Assembly: GCA_977017575.1 (NCBI GenBank)
Contig: CDRNVI010000053.1
Span: forward strand, 124,001-188,000
Direction of reading: 5' to 3'
Length of the DNA stretch: 64,000 nucleotides
Source: Paramoeba atlantica
Lineage: Eukaryota > Protista > Discosea
Each line of letters begins with the position of its first letter. Position 1 is the first letter of the stretch. Positions 11,728 through 24,200 of the stretch are shown one piece after another. The notes under the pieces were generated by a model. It was not told the DNA's origin. It saw only the letters and a program-made list of their open reading frames with translations, and did not search any database. The position numbers and the translations under genes were made by a program.

Positions 11728-12579
11728 ATGAATCAGGACATGCGGATAGCGGTGCCAGGTGATCCTATGAAATGGGGACCAAGTGGTGGGGGCAATCGCG
11801 AGCGACCGGCTCCTCTGGAAACCTCCTTCATGGCTCGCTCAAAACTGTACTACAGGTCTAAGGCATCTGATGAATATGGTTTTACAGTTACCTCGGTGCC
11901 TTGTAAGGAGGCTAGTGATTTTCCGAAGAAAGGAACAATCTCATACCAGACTGTTCGAATACGGAACCCCGTTTTCAAGGATCTACGAGGACGAATCAGC
12001 GAGAACACCGTAGCATCTAACGAGCTATTCAAAATCAATAATGCGTTTGATTTGAATCAAGAGTCATCAGTGTACTTTAGAAGTCCGAGTCGTCTTCCTC
12101 TGTTACCAAAAAAGAGAGCGTTCAAGTCGACAGAGTGCTTCGTAGACAGTCCACAAAAAAAGAAAACAACGACTTTCGACCCGCCTAACAGAATAAATTT
12201 CGCCCACATATGTCTTTTCGCGGGACTAAAGTTCTATTTAGCCACTGCAGCACATCAAACAGGCATCTCGATGTATCATCTAGCGAAAATTATTACAACG
12301 GCTGGCGGGAGCGTTACACAATTCCTTGGTTCAACTACTCGCATTACACACTACGTAACAAGCAACTATGTACGAAACAAACGTTCAGCCCTTCACAACC
12401 CAGTAGAGAAGCAAGAGGTCATGCTCTACTTAGCACCTCAACCTGCTACCAATCGCGTATTCAAAGGCCGTAATAATGCTGCTTGTAGGTGTACTCGAGC
12501 ATATTATATTCTGCCACAATGGGTGATAGATAGCGTGTTATCTGGCATTCGACTCCCTGAATCAGATTACACACCGTAA
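11728..12579 (+). CDS. Single-BRCT-domain protein (REV1-type BRCT)
   Basis: C-terminal FAGLKFY...AGGSV...ITHYVTSN...ILPQWVIDSV...LPESDY is a typical BRCT pattern. Confidence 0.75.
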   Translation: MNQDMRIAVPGDPMKWGPSGGGNRERPAPLETSFMARSKLYYRSKASDEYGFTVTSVPCKEASDFPKKGTISYQTVRIRNPVFKDLRGRISENTVASNELFKINNAFDLNQESSVYFRSPSRLPLLPKKRAFKSTECFVDSPQKKKTTTFDPPNRINFAHICLFAGLKFYLATAAHQTGISMYHLAKIITTAGGSVTQFLGSTTRITHYVTSNYVRNKRSALHNPVEKQEVMLYLAPQPATNRVFKGRNNAACRCTRAYYILPQWVIDSVLSGIRLPESDYTP

Positions 12580-13013
12580 TCACGGTTTAATAGTTGTGTC
12601 ATAGAAGTGCAAATATTTTTTTAAATACCGTTTCAGTTACGATTCCTGTACGGCAGCCTACACTATCTGGGCGTGGCGTTTCTGAGTGACCACTCCTATG
12701 ACCATCACAAGTTTTTTTCATAATTTTTTAGCACCCTACTTAGAAAGTTTAGAGTCTCGGGACCAGGCACATCGTGCATTTATGTGCATATCATACATTT
12801 GCATGACTGCACATTATCGTCCGAATGGTCTTACGATATACAATCAGATGTACAATCAGGAAGTGCAACGAACTTGATCCTCTGAACATATTGTTATTGC
12901 TAGAAAACCTTTTTATTTGCCCGTTTGTAATGAACTACACTTCACACCGGCGTTTAGGAATTTTCATTTATAATTTTTTATTATTATTGTCGCTTATTCG
13001 CAAGTATTACCTA

Positions 13014-13304
13014 ATGCGAAAGGAACGTGGTAATGCAACAAATAGGACGTCGGCACGCATTTGCAGCATCAAACTACGAGCTTCATGGCATTGGAAACTA
13101 GAATATCACGATGACAAAGACTGCGGTATATGCCGATCTTTGTTAGACGAGTTCTGCGGCACTTGCAGGACACCAGGAGACGACTGTCCAGTTGTCATCG
13201 GCTTATGTAAACATGCCTTTCACAAACATTGTATAGAAACTTGGTGTTTGAACGAAGAAAAATGCCCTTTGTGTCGCCTATCTTGGAGAGTATTGTATTC
13301 ATAA
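13014..13304 (+). CDS. APC11: Anaphase-promoting complex subunit 11 (RING-H2)
   Basis: WHWK...CGICR...FCGTCRTPGDDCPVVIGLCKHAFHKHCIETW...CPLCRLSW. PGDDCP is characteristic of APC11 rather than Rbx1. ATG chosen at 13014. Confidence 0.88.
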   Translation: MRKERGNATNRTSARICSIKLRASWHWKLEYHDDKDCGICRSLLDEFCGTCRTPGDDCPVVIGLCKHAFHKHCIETWCLNEEKCPLCRLSWRVLYS

Positions 13305-13559
13305 CGTGATTCTCAGCGACAGTTTCGCAAAATATTTCGCTATGGACTCAATAAAGTTTTAACCTCGGGAAATGGGCTAATGTTTCTGCTTTTCATTTTC
13401 GTATTTCTTCGAAAAAAGCATTCCCGTAATTTATTTATGATTCATGCAGGGCAGAACCTGCAGTGTGTCGGGCATTGCGCGCATACAACGTGCTGCCCTA
13501 TAAAATTCGTCAAGCGGAAGGCTGTGCATCGGGCCAGGAAGTTTCTTCTCTGTTATGCC

Positions 13560-14100
13560 ATATCAGGTAGCTGCCTTGAATAGTCTCGCGGATCATTTTG
13601 TGCATCGTGGATTTCGCTAGTGGCGTGTTGTTGTCGAAGAGGACCCCAATAGTGCTCGCCGTGGCATTAGGCATACCGCGTGCTCCGATTTCAAATACAT
13701 ACGAGCGCATAGCATGGGACATTTTGGCCCCTTCGCTTATGAATTAGTTGGTCATATTTGTGGCGCTTTCGCTGATTCGCTTGGAAGAAGTTCTCTTCCC
13801 AGGGCACTGTTAATTCAATTATATACTATACTATGTACTCGCATCCGTTTCTCAGGCGGACCCATCCGTCGGGGCGGAGGAGGGAATCATCGTTGGCAAT
13901 CCACGAGGGGGGGTTACCCATGCCTGGAAGGTCGAAGTGACATCTTTCCGTCAGGTAGGACTTCTGCACTTCCTCTGCTAAGGCTTGAAGTGCCATGTTA
14001 TGTCTCATGGTGTATCTGCCCTGTTCAAGGGAAATAAAGGGGGGTGCTTTATTCGTGTCGAGGGGTTTATACTGTATGTATGGCTTTGCATCAACTATGA
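13560..14100 (-). pseudogene. 3' fragment of a HERO/NeSL-like RLE non-LTR retrotransposon
   Basis: Reverse strand reads LEQGRYTMRHNMAL...LRPDGWV...YIV*YIIELTVPWEENFFQANQRKRHKYDQL, then a frameshift, then FEIGARG. This is a PD..E..K restriction-like endonuclease with a stop and a frameshift. Confidence 0.8.
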
Positions 14101-14289
14101 ATAAACCTAGGGACACGAGTAAGTCACCCCCCCTTACTTTTTGCATGAAGGGGCCTAGGGAGGTTATGATACCACTTTTTCGTTCAGAATTTCGGGATCT
14201 ACACGTTCCCGCTATTTTTAGCTGCTTTTAAAAAAATGAAAAAAAGTTCCTTTTTTTTTTAAAAAAAATTGACAAGAATTTTTTTTCAT

Positions 14290-14870
14290 GGTGAAATCCA
14301 GGTACCGTCTTCCAAAAGGGGGATAATAATGTTTATCTGATGAGAAGATATTTAATACGAATGATACACATCAAAAGATGTGAGTTGCCCCAGGAGAAAA
14401 GGCCGTCCCCACGCAGGGCGCCCAAATGTCACGTGTAAGGTGCCATTGGAGTTGGATGGTGTTACCTTGTGGTGCTACTATCCAACATTTCAATCACAAG
14501 TGAAACTTGTGTAGAAATTTTAAGTAATGCTCCCTTTCCCCTCAAATTTATTTTTCAGCAAGATGGGACGGGTTCACGCACGACGAAAAGTACGAAAACC
14601 TATTTCTTTACTTCAAAAATTAAATACACACCAAATTGGCCGGCAGGTTCTCCTGACCGTAACCCTATTGAGAACGTGTGGGAAATGATTCAGCAACGCG
14701 TAAATGAAATGAATCCGTCTTGTACTACACCTTGTACGCCTTGTACCTCTCTAATTAAGTGCGTAAAAAAGCTTTTAATAATATTCTTGAATTTGAGCTT
14801 GACCGTACTGTTTTAAGTTTCGACGGATGCCTGAAACTATGCAAAAACAAATGGTGGCTAAAAAGTAAAA
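14290..14870 (+). pseudogene. Degraded Tc1/mariner transposase (DD35E spacing)
   Basis: SDEKIF near 14336, FQQDG...WPAGSPDRNPIENVW. There are 35 residues between the second D and the E, and frames are broken upstream. Confidence 0.8.
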
Positions 14871-15206
14871 AAGGAGTAAGGGTACATACCACTTATATTG
14901 CACCCACTTTCAAAATAATGATATGAATGCACTGAAATGTTTTCTTCCGCAGCGTAACTTCACACACTTTATCTCACTTCCTCCTTCCGCCTACTTTACG
15001 TCAAAATTGCAGTATGCTTAAAGTTGGCCACTTTACACGTCAAATGCCCATGCGCAGATAAAATGCTTGTAGGCAGATAAACTGCCAATGGACAGATAAA
15101 ATGCCACAAAAAAAAGCTTGGCGTTAATACCAGTGGCGGGGAAGACCGCTAGGAGGTCCCACGTTGGACCATGTTGCCCCATGTTAGGGCTGTGGGAAAT
15201 ATTGAG

Positions 15207-15420
15207 AAGACTCCTAGATTACCTGTCTGGAGGTAAGGCCTAACTTTGAGCGTAGCCCACGTCTGTGAGCAAAGCCCAACTGTGGGCGTAGCCCTGGGAC
15301 AGAATTATATTTTAGCTCCCCTGCACACAGAAGCGAGCGGGGGAGCGTACTAGGAATCAACGTTTGTCCCTTCCGCAGGATTGTGTACTTGTTTTCCTAT
15401 GTTGTGTGACCGGGCGTGTG
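15207..15420 (+). repeat. Dispersed GC-rich repeat family (ctggaggcaaagcccaactgtgagcgtagccc units)
   Basis: Homologous to ~44140-44330 (same strand) and ~16190-16350 (inverted). Confidence 0.75.
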
Positions 15421-16772
15421 ATCCAGTAGCTTTTTAGGCTATGCTGTCCATTTCAACTCTGTGGCACAGTTTGACCCAAAAAATAGAAAAGTGGGTGCAA
15501 TATAAGTGGGCATTACCCTTTTTGGGTACAGACTGCCAATGGACAGATAAAATGCCACACAAAATAGAAAAGTGGGTGCAATATACATGTAAATGGGCAT
15601 TACCCAGGAGTAACACTAAATTCATATTTTATTGGTTCCCAGTTATTCTCTATATGATATGCGCAAACAAGCGTCACCGAGATCTGCAAAATGCAACAAA
15701 AATTAGCCCAAACGAAGACTTTACACAAACTTTAGAGGGGGGTGACTTATCGTGTCCCTAAGTTTATAGCTATTTCCCGCTCTCGACGGTCCTCTGTCAT
15801 AGAGGGTCTATGGATCTTCCGAACCATAGACTATGGTTCGGAGAATCGCGGGATCGACATACACTGCGAGAACGCGTAGTGATACTCGGTGAGCACTCGT
15901 GGTGCATCACACAACCCGTGAGGATCACACACCGGGAGCAGTGAGCTGCCCGGGGCCCGGATGTTAGGGCCGCTTCACAAACTTACGCGGGATCAGCATT
16001 AGCTGGATGCGCAGTGCGGTGTGTTCAGACGGTGGAAGTCAAGGACTTTTGCATAAGTAAAGGACTATTGCATAAGTAAAGGACTCGCGCGACCCCCGCT
16101 AAATAGGGGCAGAAGGTGGTAGTTGTGGGGTATGGAGGCCTCTCGCAACTCTGGGGCCTCACCGGGTGCAAGACAGAAGTGCAAAGGCTTTAATTTCAGT
16201 GGTTCCTGGCTGGAGCGTGCGGGTCGCTACAAAATATAATTCTCTCCCAGGGCTACGCTCACAGTTGGGCATTGCTCGCAACCTGGCGCTTTTGCCTCCA
16301 GACGTGGGCTTCACTCACTGTTGGGCCTTGCCTCCAGACACCTAAACTAGGTGTCGCTGTCCTGGGATAAGGACCTGCAAGTAAAGGACTTTTGCATAAG
16401 TAAAGGACTTTTGTGGAACACCTAACCATTTTTTTAAATTTTCATTTTTTATGTTACAAGCCCCGCACCTGAGGTCACTCGTGAGGGGATATAATGGCAG
16501 TGAAGTATAGAAAGTGTGATTCAGCGGCATACATTGCCAAGAATTTCCATTTTGGTATAAGGGGTTACCCCGCTAAAACGACCGAAAAAGGCGCAAAAAT
16601 ACAATTTCCCCCGAAAAACACCAGAAATCGTCGTTTTTTGGTGTTTTTGAAGGACCACCCTTTATACTGAAACGGTTGTTTCGAGGTTAAGTTTGTACAT
16701 AGGACCATATGTAGCCGTTATCTATCCTTCGTGTACATGGTCTTCAACTTGCCTTGCAGTACAACGGCAATA

Positions 16773-16890
16773 CAGGGGGGGCACGAAAAATGTTACACCT
16801 GCCAATTTTGGCCTATACGGCCGTTTTAGCAAATTTTTGTTGCATTTTGCGGATCTCAGTGTTAATATCGTGTTGAAACCATTCTGAATG
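16773..16890 (+). mobile_element. Solo TIR of the 41967-43501 Tc1 family
   Basis: TA|CAGGGGGGGCACGAAAAA...gttgaaaccattctga matches the ~110-bp TIR at 41967. Confidence 0.85.
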
Positions 16891-17109
16891 AATCTAACAA
16901 TCCATGAATTTCATGCACATCAAACAATTTGTTTCATGACACTTTAGAGTATCTATTGAAAGTTCCCGTGTAATGAATTCAGATTTCAAGACAACCGGAA
17001 GTTTTTCATTAACATGAAGTTCCTTCATCAAAACAAAATTAATGTGCTTGCATCTGTTCCCTCTACGGTCGTCTGGACACGTACATTGAGTTCCCCCAGT
17101 GCCAATATA

Positions 17110-17926
17110 CAGTGGTGATCAGCGTCTTTTACCCCTCCCCCCTACAAGTCTTGTATTTTGCCCGATTTTGGAAATATTTCGTATACCACCGTTTTTCGAC
17201 CCAATCGTTCCGAATCCGAGGTCCGTTTCACTCGAGCGACCCCCTACCCCCCTTATCCAGGTAGGGGCCAAAATGTAGGTCAACCCGATTTTCGAGGCAA
17301 ATTTTCGGATAATTTTTGTAAAATAGTGACTTGAAATCCAGATAAGAAGCATGTAAGGAGGCAGAAAGCTCGTGATTCGTGCTCAGTTAAGTGTTTCTAT
17401 GCCTTCTCGCCCGCCAAAAATTCTTGGGATGGCTGTACAAAAGGTTTTCAGGCAATTCTGGTTCATCCCGAAAATTATTCAGGATAAAGGGGGGATTGTG
17501 AAAAAAATGGACAAAATATTAAGAAAAGTTTTTATATCGATAATGATAGCTCTTCTAATAGGTGACAAAAGCTGTGCACATCTCACGACGTACGTTTTGT
17601 GCAGGAAGACACGCGGGCCGAGATAGTTCCGTCGTGTAAAAGCGAAGAAGCACGGAAAATGACGCAAGTTAAGGGTGTTCTGTAAAAATCATGGCTTTTT
17701 GCACATTTTTTTGAGGTTTCAATATGAACCAGCTTTCAACGAGTGAAAAGGACCTCGGATTCGGAACGATTGGGTCGAAAAACGGTGGTATACCAAATAT
17801 CTCCAAAATCGGAGAAAATACAAGACCTGTAGGGGGGGTACATATCGTTGCCCACTACTGTGTACAAGAACCTAAAGGTCTATACAAGAGCTGTAGGGGG
17901 GGGGTAAAAGACGCTGATCACCACTG
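17110..17926. mobile_element. Non-autonomous Tc1/mariner-type element (817 bp, TA TSD, ~130-bp TIRs)
   Basis: TA|CAGTGGTGATCAGCGTCTTTTACCCC ... GGGGTAAAAGACGCTGATCACCACTG|TA. Solo TIRs of the same family at 18295-18420 and ~34430-34555. Confidence 0.85.
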
Positions 17927-18539
17927 TACACTGTAACGGCGATCTGTGGCTCGCAACGAGAAGCCAGCTACGGGTTTCATCAACGATTCGGCTTTTGGTG
18001 ATAAAAAAGGGACCGAATTCTGGCAATTTTAAACGACACTTGGTCGCGCCCTCAAGTTCTTTGAGACGAATTCGTTTCCGAAGTCGCTCTCCACAGTGAA
18101 AACAAGGAGTGTACGCCCCGAAGAATGATTTTTCATCCATAGAACAACATTTTCAGTAGTTTTCAGAATTGAAGTCACCAATATTATTCAGACTAATGGT
18201 GTGCCCCCTAGACAGCCCATATAGACGAAATCAATGCGGAAATGCAAAAGGAACGTACACGGCAAGTGCATCGAGCACCACCAGGGCCAACATACAGTGG
18301 TGATCAGCGTCTCTTACCCCCCCCCCCTACAGATCTTGTATTTTGTTCGATTTTGGAAATATTTTGTATGGTACTGTTTTTCGACCCAATCGTTCCGAAT
18401 CCAAGGTCCTTTGGACCTTTGGACGACGAGGTACTGTGGACGCCCCCCCCTGCCCCCCCTGGCCCCCCTTGGCCCCCCTTGGACCCTCCATTTTTTCCAC
18501 CGCAACTTTAGTAATAGGAACTACTATTGAATTTCAAGA

Positions 18540-20465
18540 ATGAGCTCGAAAATGAATGTATCAAAGACGCGTGGCATTCGTCATTCTATACTGAGCTTCA
18601 GTAGAATGCACGGTGTGTATCTTCACCCCGCAGCCCTTAAAGTTTTAACGCAAGAGCTGTCGTCGGACACGTCAGAGATACAAAAGAAATATGACATAGA
18701 CAGAATGCTAGATGAGTTTTTTAAGCTATTTGCAGCTTCAAGGTCTTCAAGTAAAAGTTCGGCCGTTAAACAAGATGCTGATGGAAAAGTAGGAGCTGAA
18801 GCAGAGGAAAACACTATTACACTTGATTCATGCCGAACGATTTTAGAGAAAATGAAGAGTCTATCGAATAGCACCATGTCTTCCGAAGTTTTTCGAAGGG
18901 AAGACTTATATTTGCAAGGAACTGCAACAGATGTTTTAAGATGCATTCGCTATATCAATATTCTAGATTTGCCAAGATTACAATATCACGCTACACGGAG
19001 CCAGTGGGTAATTCATGAGGATATACAATGCGATGCAAACGAGGCCGACCTGAATAACGAACGTTTACAACTTATGCAAAATCGTTTCGAAATTGTGTTA
19101 CACAGGCTTAGGAGACATCCTTTGTTCGAAACTTTGCGTGGCCCTGGGGAGTCCTCTGTTGTGGCACGAATTGAAGAATCGACCCAATTAGAACGGGACC
19201 GATCGCTATTTACCGCATCAGATTTGGAAGGAATTCCATTATGTGAAGGACGTGACGGAAATACAGCCGAATTTTTTGTTTGTGGTATTCTTTCTAAACC
19301 GAATGAACAAAAATGGGTCCTTGAGGACGCGCGCAGCTCAGTGGAAATGGTGTTCAAAGATAACACCCAGCAAGGTTCAACCGCAGGATACATCCTGAAT
19401 GGAGCGGTGGCCATAGTGAAAGCACACTGGAATGGCGAAAAACTTATGACTTCCGCTGTTGGACTACCACCAGGAGAAACGAGAAGAACGTCGTTACGTT
19501 CCATTCCAAAATCGCTGGCAGTTTTAGGAAATGAAATATCAGACTCAAGATTTGATCTCACCAAGGACTGTACCAAAATTGTAGTGACGGAAATTTTCTC
19601 CAGGTGTGACATAGACGATATCAACCTATTTCTTTTGTCCGACATTTGCATCGATTTGAAGTCAACCCAAGGGGCCTTAACGAATTTCTTTGGGCATATA
19701 TCTCGGAACGAAAGAACTTCCACTAAACACGAAGGCTACGTGCCCCAGGCTCTCGTATTCGTCTTCTGTGGTCCTTTTTTCAGTGGTCTAGCGAATCTAA
19801 CACTTGGGGAAGCAAAAGGAGATTCTTCTGCAGAACAGCGAAAAGTGTACGAGAAAATGTTTTTTATTCTTTTCGATATTGTCAAAAAAGCATCTCCGAA
19901 CGTGGCGGAATTCTCTCAATTCTATTTTATTCCGGCACCTTCGGAAATAGTTTACAATACGTGTGGAACAGTCTTTCCTCAGATGTCCGTACCGCATTCC
20001 ATGATTCAAGCTATTAACGAGGCAACACGAGTACCTCGGATGCCAACGTCGAATCCTTCGCGTTTTAAATTGATAGATAAGGAAATTGTAATAATGAGAG
20101 ACAGTGTGTGGGAGAAAATGAACAGTGAAGCTTTGATCAGACCCAAAAGTGGGGATTATTCTAGTCACAAAATCGCCGCTCACGAACACGTCGTTAAAAC
20201 AGTAATTGATCTTTCCCATTTACACCCTTATCGCACCGCAGCGTACCCCACAATATGGAATTTGGATCATACACTGCGTCTGTTTCCTTTACCAAATGTA
20301 TTGATGCTATGCGATCACTCGTCCACGACTGATTGCTGGGAATGCATGTACCAAGAATGTTTAGCTTTAAATCCGGGGAGCTTTAAGTCGACATATAGTT
20401 TTCTGTCATATCATCCCTCCACTGGAAGGCATGCATTTAAGAAAGCGGATACAAGAAATATGTAA
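18540..20465 (+). CDS. POLE2: DNA polymerase epsilon subunit B
   Basis: OB-fold (FFVCGILSK...WVLEDARSSV) and inactive phosphoesterase domain (FLLSDICID, FVFCGPF, FIPAP, TSNPSR, HLHPY...PTIWNLDHTLRLFPLPNVLMLCD, NPGSF). Confidence 0.9.
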   Translation: MSSKMNVSKTRGIRHSILSFSRMHGVYLHPAALKVLTQELSSDTSEIQKKYDIDRMLDEFFKLFAASRSSSKSSAVKQDADGKVGAEAEENTITLDSCRTILEKMKSLSNSTMSSEVFRREDLYLQGTATDVLRCIRYINILDLPRLQYHATRSQWVIHEDIQCDANEADLNNERLQLMQNRFEIVLHRLRRHPLFETLRGPGESSVVARIEESTQLERDRSLFTASDLEGIPLCEGRDGNTAEFFVCGILSKPNEQKWVLEDARSSVEMVFKDNTQQGSTAGYILNGAVAIVKAHWNGEKLMTSAVGLPPGETRRTSLRSIPKSLAVLGNEISDSRFDLTKDCTKIVVTEIFSRCDIDDINLFLLSDICIDLKSTQGALTNFFGHISRNERTSTKHEGYVPQALVFVFCGPFFSGLANLTLGEAKGDSSAEQRKVYEKMFFILFDIVKKASPNVAEFSQFYFIPAPSEIVYNTCGTVFPQMSVPHSMIQAINEATRVPRMPTSNPSRFKLIDKEIVIMRDSVWEKMNSEALIRPKSGDYSSHKIAAHEHVVKTVIDLSHLHPYRTAAYPTIWNLDHTLRLFPLPNVLMLCDHSSTTDCWECMYQECLALNPGSFKSTYSFLSYHPSTGRHAFKKADTRNM

Positions 20466-21296
20466 ACTAACTATGTGTATGGAATTTTTTCCGCATTCCC
20501 CAGCAAGGTCGTTTTCGGACCACTGTCGCCTCTTTTACTGTCCCTTCCTACAGTAGTAGTTCGAGGAGTACCCCCTTACATAAGAGTTCTTTTTTCTTAT
20601 ACATCACTGCATTGGACGGCGACGAAGGTCAAAAATTGGCGATTTCTAAAATCGGGGATCTCTAAAATCATATATTTTCGATAGCGATACTTAAGTACAT
20701 AGTGTTATATTTAATTACGGTATTATTTAATTACGCTTTTAAGGTTATTTTTGGCTAAAATTAATCTTAATTAAATTAACCGTAATATAATCCACTCGCA
20801 AATTAATAATTTTTGAACACACATTTTGAGTAACTTTTAAGCGCCCAAGCCATTGGATTCGTCTGTGATCATTTTATAAAGGTTTCTGTTTCGTATGAAA
20901 GTGAGGTCGATGGTGATAGACATGATAAAAAATATTTTGTTTTGGGGGCTAAAAATAATCTTAACTAAAAATAACTGCAATTAAAAATAACCGTAATATA
21001 ATCCACTCGTATTTGAATACTTCACTGTATAATACTTTGTTATTTATTATATTTTTAGTATTACGTTTTCTTTGGTAACAGAGGGTAGAGCGGGAGTGCA
21101 ACTAATTGTGCAACTGACACAATTAACTATTTAGAGACTAAGTTACGCGTTGTGGTCATATTCTTAGCAAGGACATTAAAGATCCTGGAATATTATCCAG
21201 AAGTTCCTTGTGCTCAGGTATTATCAATATCTCTGGAGGAATAGTTCAGTAGAACATTTAAGACAAGAAAAACTTACTTTGCACTAGTCCACCCAA

Positions 21297-24200
21297 ATGT
21301 CTGGAAAACTATTTGTACGGCGGCCAGCGTATATGTATATTTATGTCACCGTGCTTTATACATGTTTGCTTTGGTATCAGAACAGTCAAATTCAGAAGCA
21401 GCACGAGCGATTTAGTGAACTAGTACACTGGTCTGGTTCAGTTTCACACCCGGGAGTCCATTCTAATCAAAATTGCGGAAGCAATCATACATGTATAGCG
21501 GGAATTGGTGCTTTATATGGCTTTTCAAGCGATGTGTCACCCAGCATAAATAATGAAGCATGTAATTTGAATACTCATCTGAGAAATGCCCCCAAAAATG
21601 AACGATATCCAACTACACCACTGTATCAAACCGTTAAAAACAGCAGCCTCCAAACGTTAGATAATACACGGAGTAATAGAGAGTGTTCCAACTCAGAGTT
21701 ACTTTGGACACAAGGAAGCTTTATCAGAGATGGGGATGATTCTCTCGTACATTCACAGGAACATGTGCCAAAATCTATTGGTAGACAGTCGTTGCACTAT
21801 TCCATAATTAGGAATGAATTCAATACGTTGTACATAAATAGAGACTCCACACTTGTAATACCAGCATCACAAGTCTCCTCCAAAGAAAGCTCTATCCCTC
21901 CAAGCGCTCTACTCCTAGCGTTGTTTTGCGTACTCTTGTTCTATATCCAGGCCTATGATCAATCAAACACAATTTTCAATTTCCCCATGAAAGGAATTAA
22001 CCATGTACTACAAGAAAGAAAATTAAAAATAACTGAACATGACGACACGCTTAAGCAACAGGACGAAAAAATACTAGACCTCCATCTACAGAATCGAACT
22101 CACAGACAACATAAATTGACTCAGACATTGTACAACATTAAAATCATAGGACAACTTAGGAGCTGCATGGAACAACAAAAGATCCTTTACTTAGCTCTCA
22201 GTCGTTCACAACAATCACATAACGATCGAATCGAAATCCTTAATCAAGAGGCAAAAACATTACAAACTCGAATATCACAGACACGTCACCACATCCAAAC
22301 TAAAACTGCAACACAGCTTGCAAACTTTAAACAACACTTTGAGCAAATCTCTACGGAACGCACTCAAAAAAATGAATCTAGCCAAAACAAGGTCGGTGAT
22401 ATACAGGATCAATTAAATGAGACTAAAAAAACCTTGTCCGCTCACGTTTCTTTGTGCGGTGACACCCTAGATAAGCACTGTTCACAGATACAAAGCGTGG
22501 AGAATCGCATTGAACCTCTTGTAGCCTCGTGTGTCGAGGAAATCCTGCCTCAACACGAGCGTATTGTCGAACTTGGGCGTCGCAGTGATAATCATGCCGA
22601 GTCTCTCCAATCCTTGGCGAGTTCTGTACAAGCCATTGATCACCACATCACGGAGACCGATTCTAAGCTTGGCTCTGTTCATGACAACATTGCAGCCCTG
22701 CAGGGTCAGCTAAACACAGCTGAAAATAGCTTATCCGCTCACGTTTCTTTGTGTGGTGACACCCTAGATAAGCACTGTTCACAAATACAAAGCGTGGAGA
22801 ATCGCATTGAACCTCTTGTTGCCTCGTGTGTCGAGGAAATCCTGCCGCAACACGAGCGTATTGTCGAGCTTGGGCGTCGCAGTGATAATCATGCCGAGTC
22901 TCTCCAATCCATGGCAAGTTCTGTACAAGCCATTGATCACCACATCACGGAGACCGATTCGAAGCTTGGTTCTGTTCTTGACAACATTGCAGCCCTGCAG
23001 GGTCAGCTAAACACAGCTGAAAATAGCTTATCCGCTCACGTTTCTTTGTGTGGTGACACCCTAGATAAGCACTGTTCACAAATACAAAGCGTGGAGAATC
23101 GCATTGAACCTCTTGTTGCCTCGTGTGTCGAGGAAATCCTGCCGCAACACGAGCGTATTGTCGAACTTGGGCGTCGCAGTGATAATCATGCCGAGTCTCT
23201 CCAATCCTTGGCGAGTTCTGTACAAGCCATTGATCACCACATCACGGAGACCGATTCTAAGCTTGGCTCTGTTCATGACAACATTGCAGCCCTGCAGGGT
23301 CAGCTAAACACAGCTGAAAATAGCTTATCCGCTCACGTTTCTTTGTGTGGTGACACCCTAGATAAGCACTGTTCACAAATACAAAGCGTGGAGAATCGCA
23401 TTGAACCTCTTGTTGCCTCGTGTGTCGAGGAAATCCTGCCGCAACACGAGCGTATTGTCGAACTTAGGCGTCGCAGTGATAATCATGCCGAGTCTCTCCA
23501 ATCCTTGGCGAGTTCTGTACAAGCCATTGATCACCACATCACGGAGACCGATTCGAAGCTTGGCTCTGTTCATGACAACATTGCAGCCCTGCAGGGTCAG
23601 CTAAACACAGCTGAAAATAGCTTATCCGCTCACGTTTCTTTGTGTGGTGACACCCTAGATAAGCACTGTTCACAAATACAAAGCGTGGAGAATCGCATTG
23701 AACCTCTTGTTGCCTCGTGTGTCGAGGAAATCCTGCCGCAACACGAGCGTATTGTCGAACTTGGGCGTCGCTGTGATAATCATGCCGAGTCTCTCCAATC
23801 CTTGGCGAGTTCTGTACAAGCCATTGATCACCACATCACGGAGACCGATTCGAAGCTTGGCTCTGTTCATGACAACATTGCAGCCCTGCAGGGTCAGCTA
23901 AACACAGCTGAAAATAGCTTATCCGCTCACGTTTCTTTGTGTGGTGACACCCTAGATAAGCACTGTTCACAAATACAAAGCGTGGAGAATCGCATTGAAC
24001 CTCTTGTTGCCTCGTGTGTCGAGGAAATCCTGCCGCAACACGAGCGTATTGTCGAGCTTGGGCGTCGCAGTGATAATCATGCCGAGTCTCTCCAATCCAT
24101 GGCAAGTTCTGTACAAGCCATTGATCACCACATCACGGAGACCGATTCGAAGCTTGGTTCTGTTCTTGACAACATTGCAGCCCTGCAGGGTCAGCAAAAC

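Noticed and set aside
17930-18150. CFHC...C and IVDET motifs suggesting a Merlin N-terminal fragment
   Set aside because: Too short and lacks the downstream RK..RG motif, so it cannot be supported.
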